The notes below the pieces were generated by a model. That model was not told the origin of the DNA. It did no database searches and worked only from the letters and a program-made list of their open reading frames with translations. A DNA stretch of 64,000 nucleotides from Octopus sinensis (lineage: Eukaryota): assembly GCF_006345805.1 (NCBI RefSeq), contig NC_043023.1, forward strand, positions 8,246,001 to 8,310,000, given 5' to 3'. Made by a program: the position numbers and the translations under genes. Below, one piece after another: positions 37,099-49,711 of this stretch (position 1 is its first letter; the number at the start of each line of letters is the position of its first letter).

Positions 37099-38271
37099 CT
37101 ACTCAAATGACAACAATGCTGTAAAAGAAAGTCTCACAACAACCCATGGTGGGATTGTGCAGATGTAGAGGCGTGTTGCCGTCTTTATCTTCCACATTAA
37201 CATCAGACTTAGAGAACAGTAGGTGCTTAGCCATGTTTGTGTGTCCATGACCACAGGCCAGATGCAGCGGGTGGTTACCATCTTTATTCACCACATTCAC
37301 ATCAAGTTCAAACAGTAATAGCTGTTTCAGTATGTCTGTGTGTCCATCAGGACAAGCGAGGTGTAGCGGTGTGTTATCATCATTATTCAGTACATTTACA
37401 TTAGGCTCAATAAAACCTCATTGAAAAGATGAATGAAAATGATTTGGATATTTTAGATTATTGCTGAATTACAGAAGAATAGGAAATGCAGAGATGTGGT
37501 AACATTGTTATCCACGGCGAGCTGGCAGAATCGTTAGCACGACGGGCGAAATGCGTAGCCGTATTTCGTCTGCCGTTACGTTCTGAGTTCAAATTCCCGC
37601 CAGGTCGACTTTGCCTTTCATCCTTTCGGGGTCGATAAATTAATAAGTACCACGCACTGGGGTCGATATAATCGACTTAATCCGTTTGTCTATCCTTGTT
37701 TGTCCCCTCTGTGTTTAACCCCTTGTGGGTAGTAAAGAAATAGGTATTTCGTATGCCGTTACGTTCTGAGTTCAAATTCCCCCAAGGTCGACTTTGCCTT
37801 TCATCCTTTCGGGGTCGATAAATTAAGTACCAGTTACGCACTGGGGTCGATGTAATCGACTTAATCCTTTGTCTGTCCTTGTTTGTCCCTTCTGTGTTTA
37901 GCCCCTTGTGGGTAGTAAAGAAAGAAAAAAATATTGTTATTCACGACATTGACTCCAGCTTTAGACAACAAGAGAACTTTCACACCGTCTGTGCCTTCCC
38001 AACTCATGCCGGATATATATATATATATGTGTGACACCATCTTTATTCGCCACATTTACTTCAGTTTGTATAGTAGGAGCTGCTTCACCACATCTATGTC
38101 TCCGTTACTATTAGCCAGATATAGCGGTGTCTTACCATCTTTATTCACCGCATCTGTATCAGCGTTAGAGTGCAATAGCTGCTTCACCATGTCCGTGTGT
38201 CCCTGAGCACAGGCTAGATGTAAGGGCGTGTTACCATCTTTATCCCTCGCACTTACATCGGATTCAGACAT
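37099..38271 (-). pseudogene. Ankyrin-repeat pseudogene (about 6-7 repeats) disrupted by SINE and TA insertions
   Basis: DGNTPLHLACAQGHTDMVKQLL, DGKTPLYLA, DDNTPLHLACPDGHTDILKQLL, DGNHPLHLACGHGHTNMAKHLL and DGNTPLHL, with stops, a (TA)n insert near 38015 and a SINE at 37512-37932. Confidence 0.85.
37512..37932 (+). mobile_element. SINE family B with tandemly duplicated body and 8-bp TSD
   Basis: Full unit from about 37515 plus a headless repeat from about 37744. TSD ATTGTTAT at 37504-37511 and 37933-37940. Confidence 0.88.
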
Positions 38272-38419
38272 TCGAAGCCTTCAATCTTCAGTCAAGAACC
38301 GGATCATCGTAGCAATTTCGGCTGATTAATCTTGAGATCGCTCCGATCCGGCCAGCCCCAAGGAAAAACTAAGCTACGAGCATTAGATTTCTTGGAAGAA
38401 ATGTATACGAAACAGGGAC

Positions 38420-38455
<36 letters not shown>

Positions 38456-38467
38456 TATATAGATATA

Positions 38468-38507
<40 letters not shown>

Positions 38508-38603
38508 CGGGAAGCTTTATGAAAATAGACAAAAGACGAAGGCAGGTGGAAAACAAACGAACAATTGTATTAGTATGGCGCTCAGGAAATAAAATAAAAC
38601 AAG

Positions 38604-38641
38604 TCCTTAACGTTTCGAGCCTACGCTCTTCAACAGAAAGA
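38604..38641 (-). ncRNA. Minimal hammerhead-like motif (A6U) in a probable PLE pLTR remnant (~38505-38885)
   Basis: Minus strand TCTTT-CTGTTGA-A-GAGC-GTAG-GCTC-GAAAC-GTT-AAGGA. Helix I is 5 bp, helix II is 4 bp, and helix III is the loopless palindrome AACGTT. Confidence 0.55.
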
Positions 38642-38916
38642 TACACAGAGAGAAAAAAAACACAGAAAGAAGGAGAGAAAAAAATGCGTGCAGTAGCTAA
38701 CGAATCAACATGGCGATCTGATTTCGGCCAGAGGTCAAAGATCAAACATGAGACGCGAGAGCGAAATAAGGGGAGATAATAGGGTTGATAATAGGTTTGA
38801 AGGACCAGCTAATAGTGCGTAGGAGGGGTCTGGACGTGTGTATGTATAGGGTTGGTGTATGTATTAGTATGTATAAGGGTGTGTGTGTGTGTGTGTGTGT
38901 GTGTATGAGAGAGTAT

Positions 38917-38968
<52 letters not shown>

Positions 38969-39174
38969 TTTAAATAACGAGGGAGATAAATTGAATATTA
39001 ATTTAATTAACATCAATTTAAAACCAGTAGCCTAGTATACAAAAATCTGAAAATCAGAGAAAATTCTAATACATGAAGAGAACATTCTTTTCTTTGTAGT
39101 TTGATCGTAGGTGATCTACTTCTAGCATACGGCCGACCACCTAGTGGTCTTGCCCTTTGAATATACATATATAA

Positions 39175-39215
<41 letters not shown>

Positions 39216-39559
39216 ATATATAATATATATATATATATGCACATATATATATTCTTTTCTTTTTTATTTATTTCTGTCATTTGACTGCGGCCATAATGGA
39301 GCGTAGCCTTTAGTCGAACAAATCGATCCCAGGACTTATTCTTTGTAAACATAGTACTTATTCAATCAGTCTCTTTTGCCGAATCCCTAGGTTACGAGAA
39401 GAGAACTACATCAAGATCGGTTGTCAAGCGATGCTGGGGAGTACAAACAGAGACACAAAGACAAACACAAATATATACATACATATAAACACATACACAC
39501 ACATATACACACTTATACACACACTTATATAATATATATATATATATATGTTATATATA

Positions 39560-39637
<78 letters not shown>

Positions 39638-40029
39638 TAATATTATATATATTATATATATATGTTATATATACATATACATATAAGCACACACACACAG
39701 TGTGATATTTTCATACGTTTCTGTCAGTGTCGGCCTGGACATGTCTAAATTTATAGCACAACCTGGTGAAGTCTTTCAAATCAGGATTAGCACAACATAG
39801 CCCACTCCAGTTCAGAGTTATTTTCTACGGAGACTTATCCAGTTTATCCGGGGTTTCTTGAAGGAATTTGTCCAAAGACTTCTCGAACTTTACTATTTCT
39901 GCTTTAATCTGTTTTGGTATGTTGTTAAGGAGACGGGGTCAACTGAGGTGAAATAATTGCGCCGTATTTTTGTTTTAAGATGCGAGTGTGATTTATGTTG
40001 TGGGCGAATAGCACGGAGCCCAAGCCTTG

Positions 40030-40345
40030 GGCTTAAAGGTGAGAATATAAAAAAATTTATCAACCATCTTACAAACAATAACTCTGAGCATAACGCTGAG
40101 AGTTGCTGAAGCATGGAACAAATTGCCAGCATCAGTTGTTAGTTGTCGGAGCACTGCATCCTTCAAAACTTCCATGCTTCCTGAGATTCGCCAACACTAC
40201 ACCTGATTTTCTCCTCTCCATACACACACAAGCATGTATCTGACTCATACACTGTTTGCTTTCCAGACATTTGTACATTACTGCATATGCTTTATACGCA
40301 CTTTTGACAAGTTGTGGTACACCTGAGCACTGTATACAATAATTT
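40030..40345 (+). mobile_element. CR1-type LINE 3' end fragment
   Basis: LRVAEAWNKLP motif and a 3' UTR ending in (ATT)n. An inverted homologue lies at 47775-48262. Confidence 0.75.
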
Positions 40346-40458
40346 CATTATTATTATTTGTTTTATTATTTTATTTTTATTATTATATATCTTGGTGTAT
40401 CTTATAGGAGATAAATCAATATATATATATATATATATATCTATAATATATATATATA

Positions 40459-40550
<92 letters not shown>

Positions 40551-41111
40551 AGGTTTCTGTAAACAATACATATTAAAAACCTGTTTGAATTGTGACAACC
40601 ATTTTTTAGATTTTTTATGTGGCTGCTTTATTTCATAAGTAGTTGGCCACACCAAGTATGACACATCACCTGCAGGTGTGTATGTATGTAATTATATGTA
40701 TGTATTATGTATGTGTGTATGTATGTACGTATGTATATGCATATATATAATATATATATATATATCTATATATATATATATATATATTAATGATAAATAT
40801 CAAAGTGAGTTATATACAGTAGCGGTAACACATCGTGACGTATTTTTGCCATTTCAATATGGCTAACCCCTAAGGTGGATGCTACTGTAGTCCGTTTGTA
40901 TCATAAGTTGAAGACGGGAAGATGACTTCTCTTTGCAAATACTGACAGGACACAGAAAGTGTGTCTATGGCCAGCTGGAGGAGTGTGTCTCCTGGGGCTT
41001 CAAAACTACAGTAGCATCCACCCTTAGGGGTTAGCCATACTGAAGGCAAAAATACGTCACTAATATATATATATAATATACGCGAGAAAGAAGCAACAAG
41101 AATGGATAGGT

Positions 41112-41201
41112 TTTTAGTACGATCGTTTCATACAAGGACAGGTTTTATTAAAAGTTGCAAAGATTACAGCATATAACGAGTCCCGTACTCATCAGCTAAA
41201 A
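41112..41201 (-). ncRNA. Hammerhead with extended helix II, 3' pLTR copy
   Basis: Reverse complement of the motif at 47331-47420. Confidence 0.8.
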
Positions 41202-42610
41202 TACATGTAAGTTCTCTAGACATCCTAGTGTTTGAGGCTATACTCATGAAGTAATGTAGATAATTAAACAGATTTCTAAAGTTCATTAAAGTTCCTTAAA
41301 GATGATGTAAGTCTTATCACAGAATTTTAAAAAAGTTTTGATAGCATCACAGAGAAGGTGACCTAATCCATATGAATTTCCATAGATATGATGAGGGATT
41401 ATATACTCACAGAAGACAAATTATCCATTGTTATTAGCATTACAGAGAGGGTGAATTAATCCTTTGTATATATGCACAGATTCCAATGTGTAGATGTAAA
41501 TTTCCAGAGAAATGGAGATGAATTTCATATTCACAGGCGATAAATTTTACAATGGTTGAACACAATGAGGTAGGTACCAATCCTTGTTATATGATTAGGT
41601 GTTTGCCATATTAATCACATTACTGCTATTCACAAGAGGCTGTAGCTATTTAACTCTTAAAGGTTGAAGGGCTTACTAGATCGGCCAAGAATAGAGAAGG
41701 GAATAGAAGAAAAGAGAGAAAAAAAGAAAATAATGGAGGAGGGAGCAAAAAGGGGGGGAAAGGGGGACTAAAAGAGAAGAGAAAAGGAAACAGAGAATAA
41801 GAAGAAGAAAAAGAAGAAAGAGAAAAGAGAAAGAAATAGGGAAAGAAGGGAAAAAAGAAAAAAAAAAAAGAGGGTTCTAGTTATACAGAAGAGCTAGTAG
41901 ACTGTAAGTCTGGTTTTAATCAACAGGCATCTAAGAACTGGAGGGGAATATTATTCTTTGACCAGTACCGTTAATTTATTGCTGTTGAAATCAGCTATGA
42001 GTTTAAAGAGAATCTAAAGAGATAACACAGTCAGGGGTTAAGGGGTCAGATGCTAAAATCACCAGAAAATACATTAGGAAAATCTAAGTATAATCTTCTC
42101 AAAAAGTCATTAAATTTACTTATTTAATTTATTCATTTTATTGTCTTAAGGAGTTGTCGTTATTATTCATACATTGACCGACTACAGGTCAAATCTTATA
42201 AGATCATTTACAAGTTGTTAGGGGATTGTCTATCCATAATGAAGATAATCATATTATCACCGAGGGAATAGCCTTATTTATTTAATTATGAAATAGAATT
42301 ATGGGGCTACAGTAACTAATTATAATTTATTAGAGTTATGCTATTTAAATTAGATTAAGTTAGGAATTAAAATTAAATATTACAATTAAGATTTAAAATT
42401 AAGAATTTAAAAATTGCGAGTTTGAAATTAAATAAAGCCTCAATTAAGTAGCGAATAAGTACTATTCATTTCCCTGTTCTCAAAAACTGATGTAGATATA
42501 AGGAAAAAGATAAAGATAACTGTAATGTGAGAACTCTTAGTTATCTACTTAAAGCAGTGCTATACTAGTAGAAATCAAGTTATATCTATCTATCTAGTTA
42601 TGATTTCCAA

Positions 42611-45444
42611 TCATTTAAAATATTTTAAAGTCTTCAATTTAGCGTGGACACAAACTTGACCTAGTTCGATATGGTTATTCAATAAGTTTCTATGTTTACT
42701 ATGCTTTAGAATTTCGTACGTCTCCATGGAGCATAGTTGACAACCAACCCTACTATTTTATACGGAATTGCTCTCCTAACTATTTCCCAATTAAGGGTAT
42801 AATTTTTGTTATTATTTTTGAGTTCCCAGATTTTGTTTGAAAGTGTGTGGTACCAGCTTTATGACGTAATTTAAAAGTCGAGATGTGATTTCTAACTCTG
42901 GCTAAAAAATTAATTGTACAGCCAATGTAAAAATATTTGTGTTTTCTCCGTGGATATGGTACATTTATAGATTACATTATTTTCCCTACATAGACCAGGT
43001 GCCGGGCATTTTGATTTTATTCTACACTTACACACAGGAGGAACAACTTCAGGCCTTGGATTATTCCTGGGTAGATGTTTAGGTTCCTATTATTTTGATT
43101 ATCATTTCTATAGTGTGGTACTGATATCTAAAGTATTGTTATTATTTATTGATCCTTCCGTTTCATCATTTAGGTGTAAAGTCCTACCAAGATTTCTTAT
43201 ATTATTCGTAATGTTATTATTATTGTTAGTCTTTTTATCCAACTGTATATTATTGTTATAGATATCACTGATATTTTCATTCTCCTTATTTTCTCCATTA
43301 GCCTTATTTCTATTATTTCTATTATTAACAATATTACTTCTATTAATATCGGCATTGTTATTATTACTATTAATGTTAATGTTATTAGTCATTCTGTGGT
43401 TACTAATTTCACCTATGTTTTGATAGTTCCTATTGCTGTTTTTATTGTTGGTAGTATTATTGTTATTGCTATTGGTATTCATTCTGATATTATTATTTTT
43501 ATTTCTATCTTTCCTGGCTAGTTTAATGTTGTTATTATTAATTTTAGCTATTAAAGTGGACATATTGGGAGGGTTGAATAAGAAATCCTAACTGTTTTCC
43601 TAGAAATAATTCTATGATATCTATGAGAGATAGGGAAATTTTTTTCCAGAATTACTTTGAATTTGTTCTGTATATCCGATTGTATCGCACAGTTGAAAGG
43701 AATATTCAGCCATAATATATCTTTTTTATAAAATTTAGGGTTCGTAGAATTACTACTATTCATCTCACCGGAGTTATTGTATTTATTACCATTATTTTTA
43801 TTTTTATTTGTGTGCATCTTAGGTTTATCTACTTCAATCTTATCCGAGTTACCTATGTTCTGGTCAATGCTTCTATTTGAATTGTTGGGCCTGTACTCTA
43901 GATTAGCGTTTACCGTTAATTTAATTCTACTTTTATTTCGGGTTTGGTCTTTTTTGCTGCTTACTTGATTACTGATAACTTCATTATTAGGAATACGTGA
44001 GTTCTCCTATCAACGAATGTAATCTTTTGGTTGTATCCAGCCTTAGTTAACGCCGCATTATAATGCTCAGAATGGGAGTTAAATATATCCTTATTGGATG
44101 ATAATTTGAAATTCTTAATGAAATATTTCTTACTAAAGATTCTATTATATTTGGGGGATGATTTGATAATTTATTTACGTAATTCGTGACTTCGCCTTCC
44201 TTTCTAAATGGGTAATGTAGCTTGGAGTTAAGGTCTAGGTAATATCTAGGAAATTAGCTATTTTAGTGCCCGGTTCATACGTTATACTGAGGTTGAAATC
44301 CTTAAGAACTTATTAATTTTCTTTCTAATCCTTTCTATAACAGATTTATTATTACTAGGGATAACAAACAGAGCATCATCTCTATATAGACCCCCCTGTA
44401 TTTCTGGGATATCCTTGCTTATGCATTTTAATAGATATGCGCCTACTAGGTTGGTTACCTCAGCCGAATCACTGGAACCCATTGGTATATCAAAAAAATT
44501 TGGTGTATCTGCTCTAGTCCATAATTTATCTTCAAATTCAATAAATGTCTTCCTAGCTAGTAGCACAATATTGATTTCTTCTCTAGTTATGAGGGAGCGA
44601 TTCATGGCAAATATTAGTGATTTGTTGAGTAAGATAGGGGAAATGCTAGAGTAATAACTATTAATATCGAACTGAATAAAAGACAGACTACTAGTATTAG
44701 TTAGAGAGTTAAACCATTTTAGAACTTCGTCGGTACTTAGCCATAGGTTTAAGGGGAGAAGAGGGGTTATTTGGGGTAGAACAGTATCCAGGATAGATTT
44801 ACTAAGTCGGCCAATGTCCGACTTAGTTGGACAGATCAGCCTTACTGAAGGGTTATCCAAGAAGTCCTTTTTGTGGTCTTTAAGGTTGATCCTGGGCTCA
44901 CAGGTTTAAGTGGCTCCGTTCTATCTGTTAAATTTATTTCTCCATGATCTCTTTCATTTCCATGTTTACTTTTTTCAATTGTTCTTAGTTGTAATTTTTA
45001 TTTTGGAGTTTAGTTCTTTCCTAATTAATTTGCTATAAATATCGTAATCAACTCTATACATATTACCCGTTTTATCTGCTGGTACTAGGATTCCATGTTT
45101 GCACCGGGTTGACTGAATAAAGTTCCTAAGGTGTCTAAGGTGAGGGTTATATCTTAACGGGTGTTCATTGAAGCTAATATCATCTATAAGATTCAGCAAG
45201 TCTTTCTCAAAGTTCTCCAGGAATGGTTCTGAGGTGGGCTTTTTCTACTTTTAAAAATTCTTCTAAAATTCTTTTCGGTATTCATTTCCTGAGGTTTCTT
45301 CTTCTGTTTGACATCAAAATGGTACGTTTTCCACCTGATTCTTCTAATGAAATCGTTAATCCTATGAATGAGAAGCCAATTATATTCATCTATACTATGT
45401 AAGGGGATGTCTTTAGGGGAGAACTTAATGTTTACTTTTTCCAT
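42611..45444 (-). CDS. PLE polyprotein (RT plus GIY-YIG), about 940 aa, broken by many 1-bp frameshifts in this assembly
   Basis: MEKVNIKFSPKDIP, RRIRWK, VPADKTGN, DHKKDFLDNPSVRLICPTKSDIG, FDINSYY, PMGSSDSAEV, GLYRDDAL, NFLDI, SNHP, WLNIPF and ISYS; EN CKCRIKSKCPAPGLCRENNVIYKC...YIGCT...RNH...IWELK...WEI...CQLC..E...LLN...CVH. Confidence 0.85.
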
Positions 45445-45645
45445 TCTTGTTGAGAAATTAAGTACCAGAAAACACATACAGACTGTATGGGAATATATTC
45501 AAAGAGCAATAAAGATTCAAGTAATTTAAAAAATTTACTTGAATATGGTACCTAACTTAGATGCACCAAAAAAACAATACTGATTTAACAATACAGTAAT
45601 GTGGGGTGATTATAAGCGAGAAAGAAGCAACAAGAATGGATAGGT

Positions 45646-45736
45646 TTTTAGTACGATCGTTTCATACAAGGACAGGTTTTATTAAAAGTTGCAAAGATTA
45701 CAGCATATAAACGAGTCCCGTACTCATCAGCTAAAA
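45646..45736 (-). ncRNA. Hammerhead with extended helix II, 5' pLTR copy
   Basis: Same motif; the predicted cleavage site is about 207 nt upstream of the ATG at 45444. Confidence 0.8.
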
Positions 45737-47330
45737 TACATGTAAGTTCTCTAGACATCCTAGTGTTTGAGGCTATACTCATGAAGTAATGTAGATAATT
45801 AAACAGATTTCTAAAGTTCATTAAAGTTCCTTAAAGATGATGTATAGTCTTATCACAGAATTTTAAAAAAGTTTTGATAGCATCACAGAGAAGGTGACCT
45901 AATCCATATGAATTTCCATAGATATGATGAGGGATTATATACTCACAGAAGACAAATTTATCCATTGTTATTAGCATTACAGAGAGGGTGAATTAATCCT
46001 TTGTATATATGCACAGATTCCAATGGTGTAGATGTAAATTTCCAGAGAAATGGAGATGAATTTCATATTCACAGGCGATTAATTGAGGCTTTATTTAATT
46101 TCAAACTCGCAATTTTTAAATTCTTAATTTTAAATCTTAATTGTAATATTTAATTTTAATTCCTAACTTAATCTAATTTAAATAGCATAACTCTAATAAA
46201 TTATAATTAGTTACTGTAGCCCCATAATTCTATTTCATAATTAAATAAATAAGGCTATTCCCTCGGTGATAATATGATTATCTTCATTTGGATTGGACAA
46301 TCCCATACCCTAACAAACTTTAAATGATCTTATAAGATTTGACCTGTAGTCGGTCAATGTATGAATAATAATGACAACTCCTTAAGACAATAAAATGAAT
46401 AAATTAAATAAGTAATTTTTAATGACTTTTTGAGAAGATTATACTTAGATTTTCCTAATGTATTTTCTGGTGATTTTAGCATCTGACCCCTTATCCCCTG
46501 ACTGTGTTATCTCTTTAGATTCTCTTTAAATCATAGCTGATTTCAACAGCAATAAATTAACGGTTTACTGGTCAAAGAATAATATTCCCCTCCAGTTCTT
46601 AGATGCCTGTTGATTAAAACCAGACTTACAGTCTACTAGCTCTTCTGTATAACTAGAACCCTCTTTTTTCTTTTTCTTTTTTCCCTTCTTTCCCTATTTC
46701 TTTTCTTTTCTCTTTCTTCTTTTTCTTCTTCTTATTCTCTGTTTCCTTTTCTCTTCTCTTTTAGTCCCCTTTCCCCCCCTTTTTTGCTCCCTCCTCCATT
46801 ATTTTCTCTTTTTTCTCTCTTCTTCTATTCCCTTCTCTATTCTTGGCCGATCTAGTAAGCCCTTCAACCTTTAAGAGTTAAATAGCTACAGCCTCTTGTG
46901 AATAGCAGTAATGTGATTAATATGGCAAACACCTAATCATATAACAAGGATTGGTACCTACCTCATTGTGTTCAACCATTGTAAAATTTATCGCCTGTGA
47001 ATATGAAATTCATCTCCATTTCTCTGGAAATTACATCTACACCATTGGAATCTGTGCATATATACAAAGGATTAATTCACCCTCTCTGTAATGCTAATAA
47101 CAATGGATAAATTTGTCTTCTGTGAGTATATAATCCCTCATCATATCTATGGAAATTCATATGGATTAGGTCACCTTCTCTGTGATGCTATCAAAACTTT
47201 TTTAAAATTCTGTGATAAGACTATACATCATCTTTAAGGAACTTTAATGAACTTTAGAAATCTGTTTAATTATCTACATACTTCATGAGTATAGCCTCAA
47301 ACACTAGGATGTCTAGAGAACTTACATGTA

Positions 47331-47420
47331 TTTTAGCTGATGAGTACGGGACTCGTTTATATGCTGTAATCTTTGCAACTTTTATAAAACCTGTCCTTGT
47401 ATGAAACGATCGTACTAAAA
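47331..47420 (+). ncRNA. Hammerhead with extended helix II, inverted pLTR copy
   Basis: TTTTAG-CTGATGA-GTACGGGAC-[40 nt]-GTCCTTGTAT-GAAA-CGATCG-TA-CTAAAA. Helix I is 6 bp, helix II about 9 bp, helix III is the palindrome ACGATCGT, and the site is GUA. Confidence 0.82.
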
Positions 47421-47563
47421 ACTATCCATTCTTGTTGCTTCTTTCTCGCTTATAATCACCCCACATTACTGTATTGTTAAATCAGTATTGTTTTTTTTGG
47501 TGCATCTAAGTTAGGTACCATATTCAAGTAAATTTTTTAAATTAACTTGAATCTTTATTGCTC

Positions 47564-47609
<46 letters not shown>

Positions 47610-47774
47610 AACACACACACAAATGTGAATGTATCTTTGCTATGGGATAATTTCCTGCAAACCGACGGCTCTTGTACATGATCACTTACACAACTATTGG
47701 TTTCAAAATTTGGTACAAGGGCAACAATTTCAGGGGAAGGGTTTAGTGGATTACATTGACCTTAGTGCTTATCT

Positions 47775-48262
47775 GGTACTATTATATGAAATTATTGTAT
47801 ACAGTGCTCAGGTGCACCACAATTTGTCAAAAAGTGCGTATAAAGTATGTGCCAGTAATGTACAAATATCTGGAAAGCGAATAATGTATGAGTCAGATAC
47901 GGGCTTGCGTGTGTGTATGGAGGGGAGAAAATCAGGTGTAGTGTTGGTGAATCTCAGGAAGTTTTGAAGGATGCAGTGCCCCGATAACTAACAACTCATG
48001 TCGGCAGTTTGTTCCATGCTTCAGCAACTCTCAACGTGAAAAAATGTTTCCTAAAGTCATGGGAGCTGTGCTGTTTTCTGACTTTGTAAACATGCCCACG
48101 GGTGTTAGACGGGTGGAGTTTAAAAAGGTGCTCAGAGTTATTGTTTGTAAGATGGTTAATAATTTTATGGGTGTCTGCCAAGTCAGCTACCAGATGTCGG
48201 AGTTTCAATGTATCCATGCCCAAGGAAATAAGGCGTTCAGGATATGGCAAATGCCTGATGGA
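47775..48262 (-). mobile_element. CR1-type LINE 3' fragment
   Basis: HLPYPERLISLGMDTLKLRHL...TRGHVYK...HFFTLRVAEAWNKLP. Confidence 0.82.
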
Positions 48263-48704
48263 GGGTATTCTCTTATATCGACCCCGAAAGCATGAAAAGC
48301 AAAACCGACCATGGCGGAATTTGAAATCAGAACACAAGGAAAGACGAAATGTCCCCAAGTATTTTGCCCGGACTGCTAACGATTCTGCCAGCTCGCCACC
48401 TTTAGTAATACTAATTTTCATATTAACACTCTATTGAATTAATCTATACACAGATATGCATACATTTATGGTAAACTAAAGAAATGATTAACAATCTGTT
48501 ATTGATCAATTAGGGGGATATCATCTATGTCTAAGGTAGAAATGGTCCTGGTGGCGGAATCGAGTGGGTTGCGATAGTGAAATACAGAAGAAATCCTTAA
48601 GTCTGTAACAGATTAATGAGAAACTTATTTTGACCTTGGAAATACGACTTAAAAATTTTACTTAACAACTACGACACTTAATTTACGTACATTAATATCA
48701 ATAC

Positions 48705-49026
48705 ATGTATGTATGTATGTGTGTGTATGTATGTATGTATGTATGTATGTATGTATGTATGTATGTATGTATGTATGTATGTTTGCGTGTGTGTGTATGT
48801 ATGTATGTATGCTTGTATGTATGTATGTATGTATGTATGCATGTATGTATGTATGTATGTATGTATGTATGTATGTATGTATGTATGTATGTATGTATGT
48901 ATGTTTGCATGTATGTATGTATGTATGTATGTATGTATGTATGTATGTATGTTTGCATGTATGCATGTATGTACGTATGCATGTATGTATGTATGTATGT
49001 ACATATGTATGTATGTATGTATGTGT

Positions 49027-49058
<32 letters not shown>

Positions 49059-49304
49059 TGTTTGTGAGCCAGTCCAAATAATGCTAATTCCATAAAACTG
49101 CAGCGTGAAAAATTTATAGAAAAGAATCATTGAACGCCTCAAGTAAGAAGGCCTTTTGTTGTTTCACTTGAAATAACATTTGGAACATAATAGTGTGACG
49201 ACGACCAGTTTTTCAAGTTTTTCTCTCCTGCAACGCTTTGAAATTTGAGTACAAAAGCAGTGATTAAACGTTCGTATTTGGTGGTGAACAATCATTATTG
49301 TCAT

Positions 49305-49403
<99 letters not shown>

Positions 49404-49505
49404 CACGCGCGCGCGCACGCCCACACACAATACACACACAGGCATGTCTATATTTCAAATATAAAAGTGTAACAACCTACCTTTTTTATGTGTGTTCTCT
49501 CCTAC

Positions 49506-49585
<80 letters not shown>

Positions 49586-49629
49586 GTCTATCTATCTATC
49601 TATCTATCTATCAATCAATCTATCTATCT

Positions 49630-49711
<82 letters not shown>

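Larger units (their letters stand above)
41082..47566 (-). mobile_element. Young Penelope-like element, probably Hydra clade, with direct and inverted pseudo-LTRs
   Basis: RT plus C-terminal GIY-YIG ORF at 42611-45444. 41082-41555 is repeated directly at 45617-46079. 46079-47566 is an inverted copy of the 3' UTR plus 5' leader. (TA)n lies on both flanks. Confidence 0.9.

Noticed and set aside
43108-43563. Asn-rich ORF as an independent gene
   Set aside because: It is a frameshifted segment of the PLE polyprotein between RT and EN.
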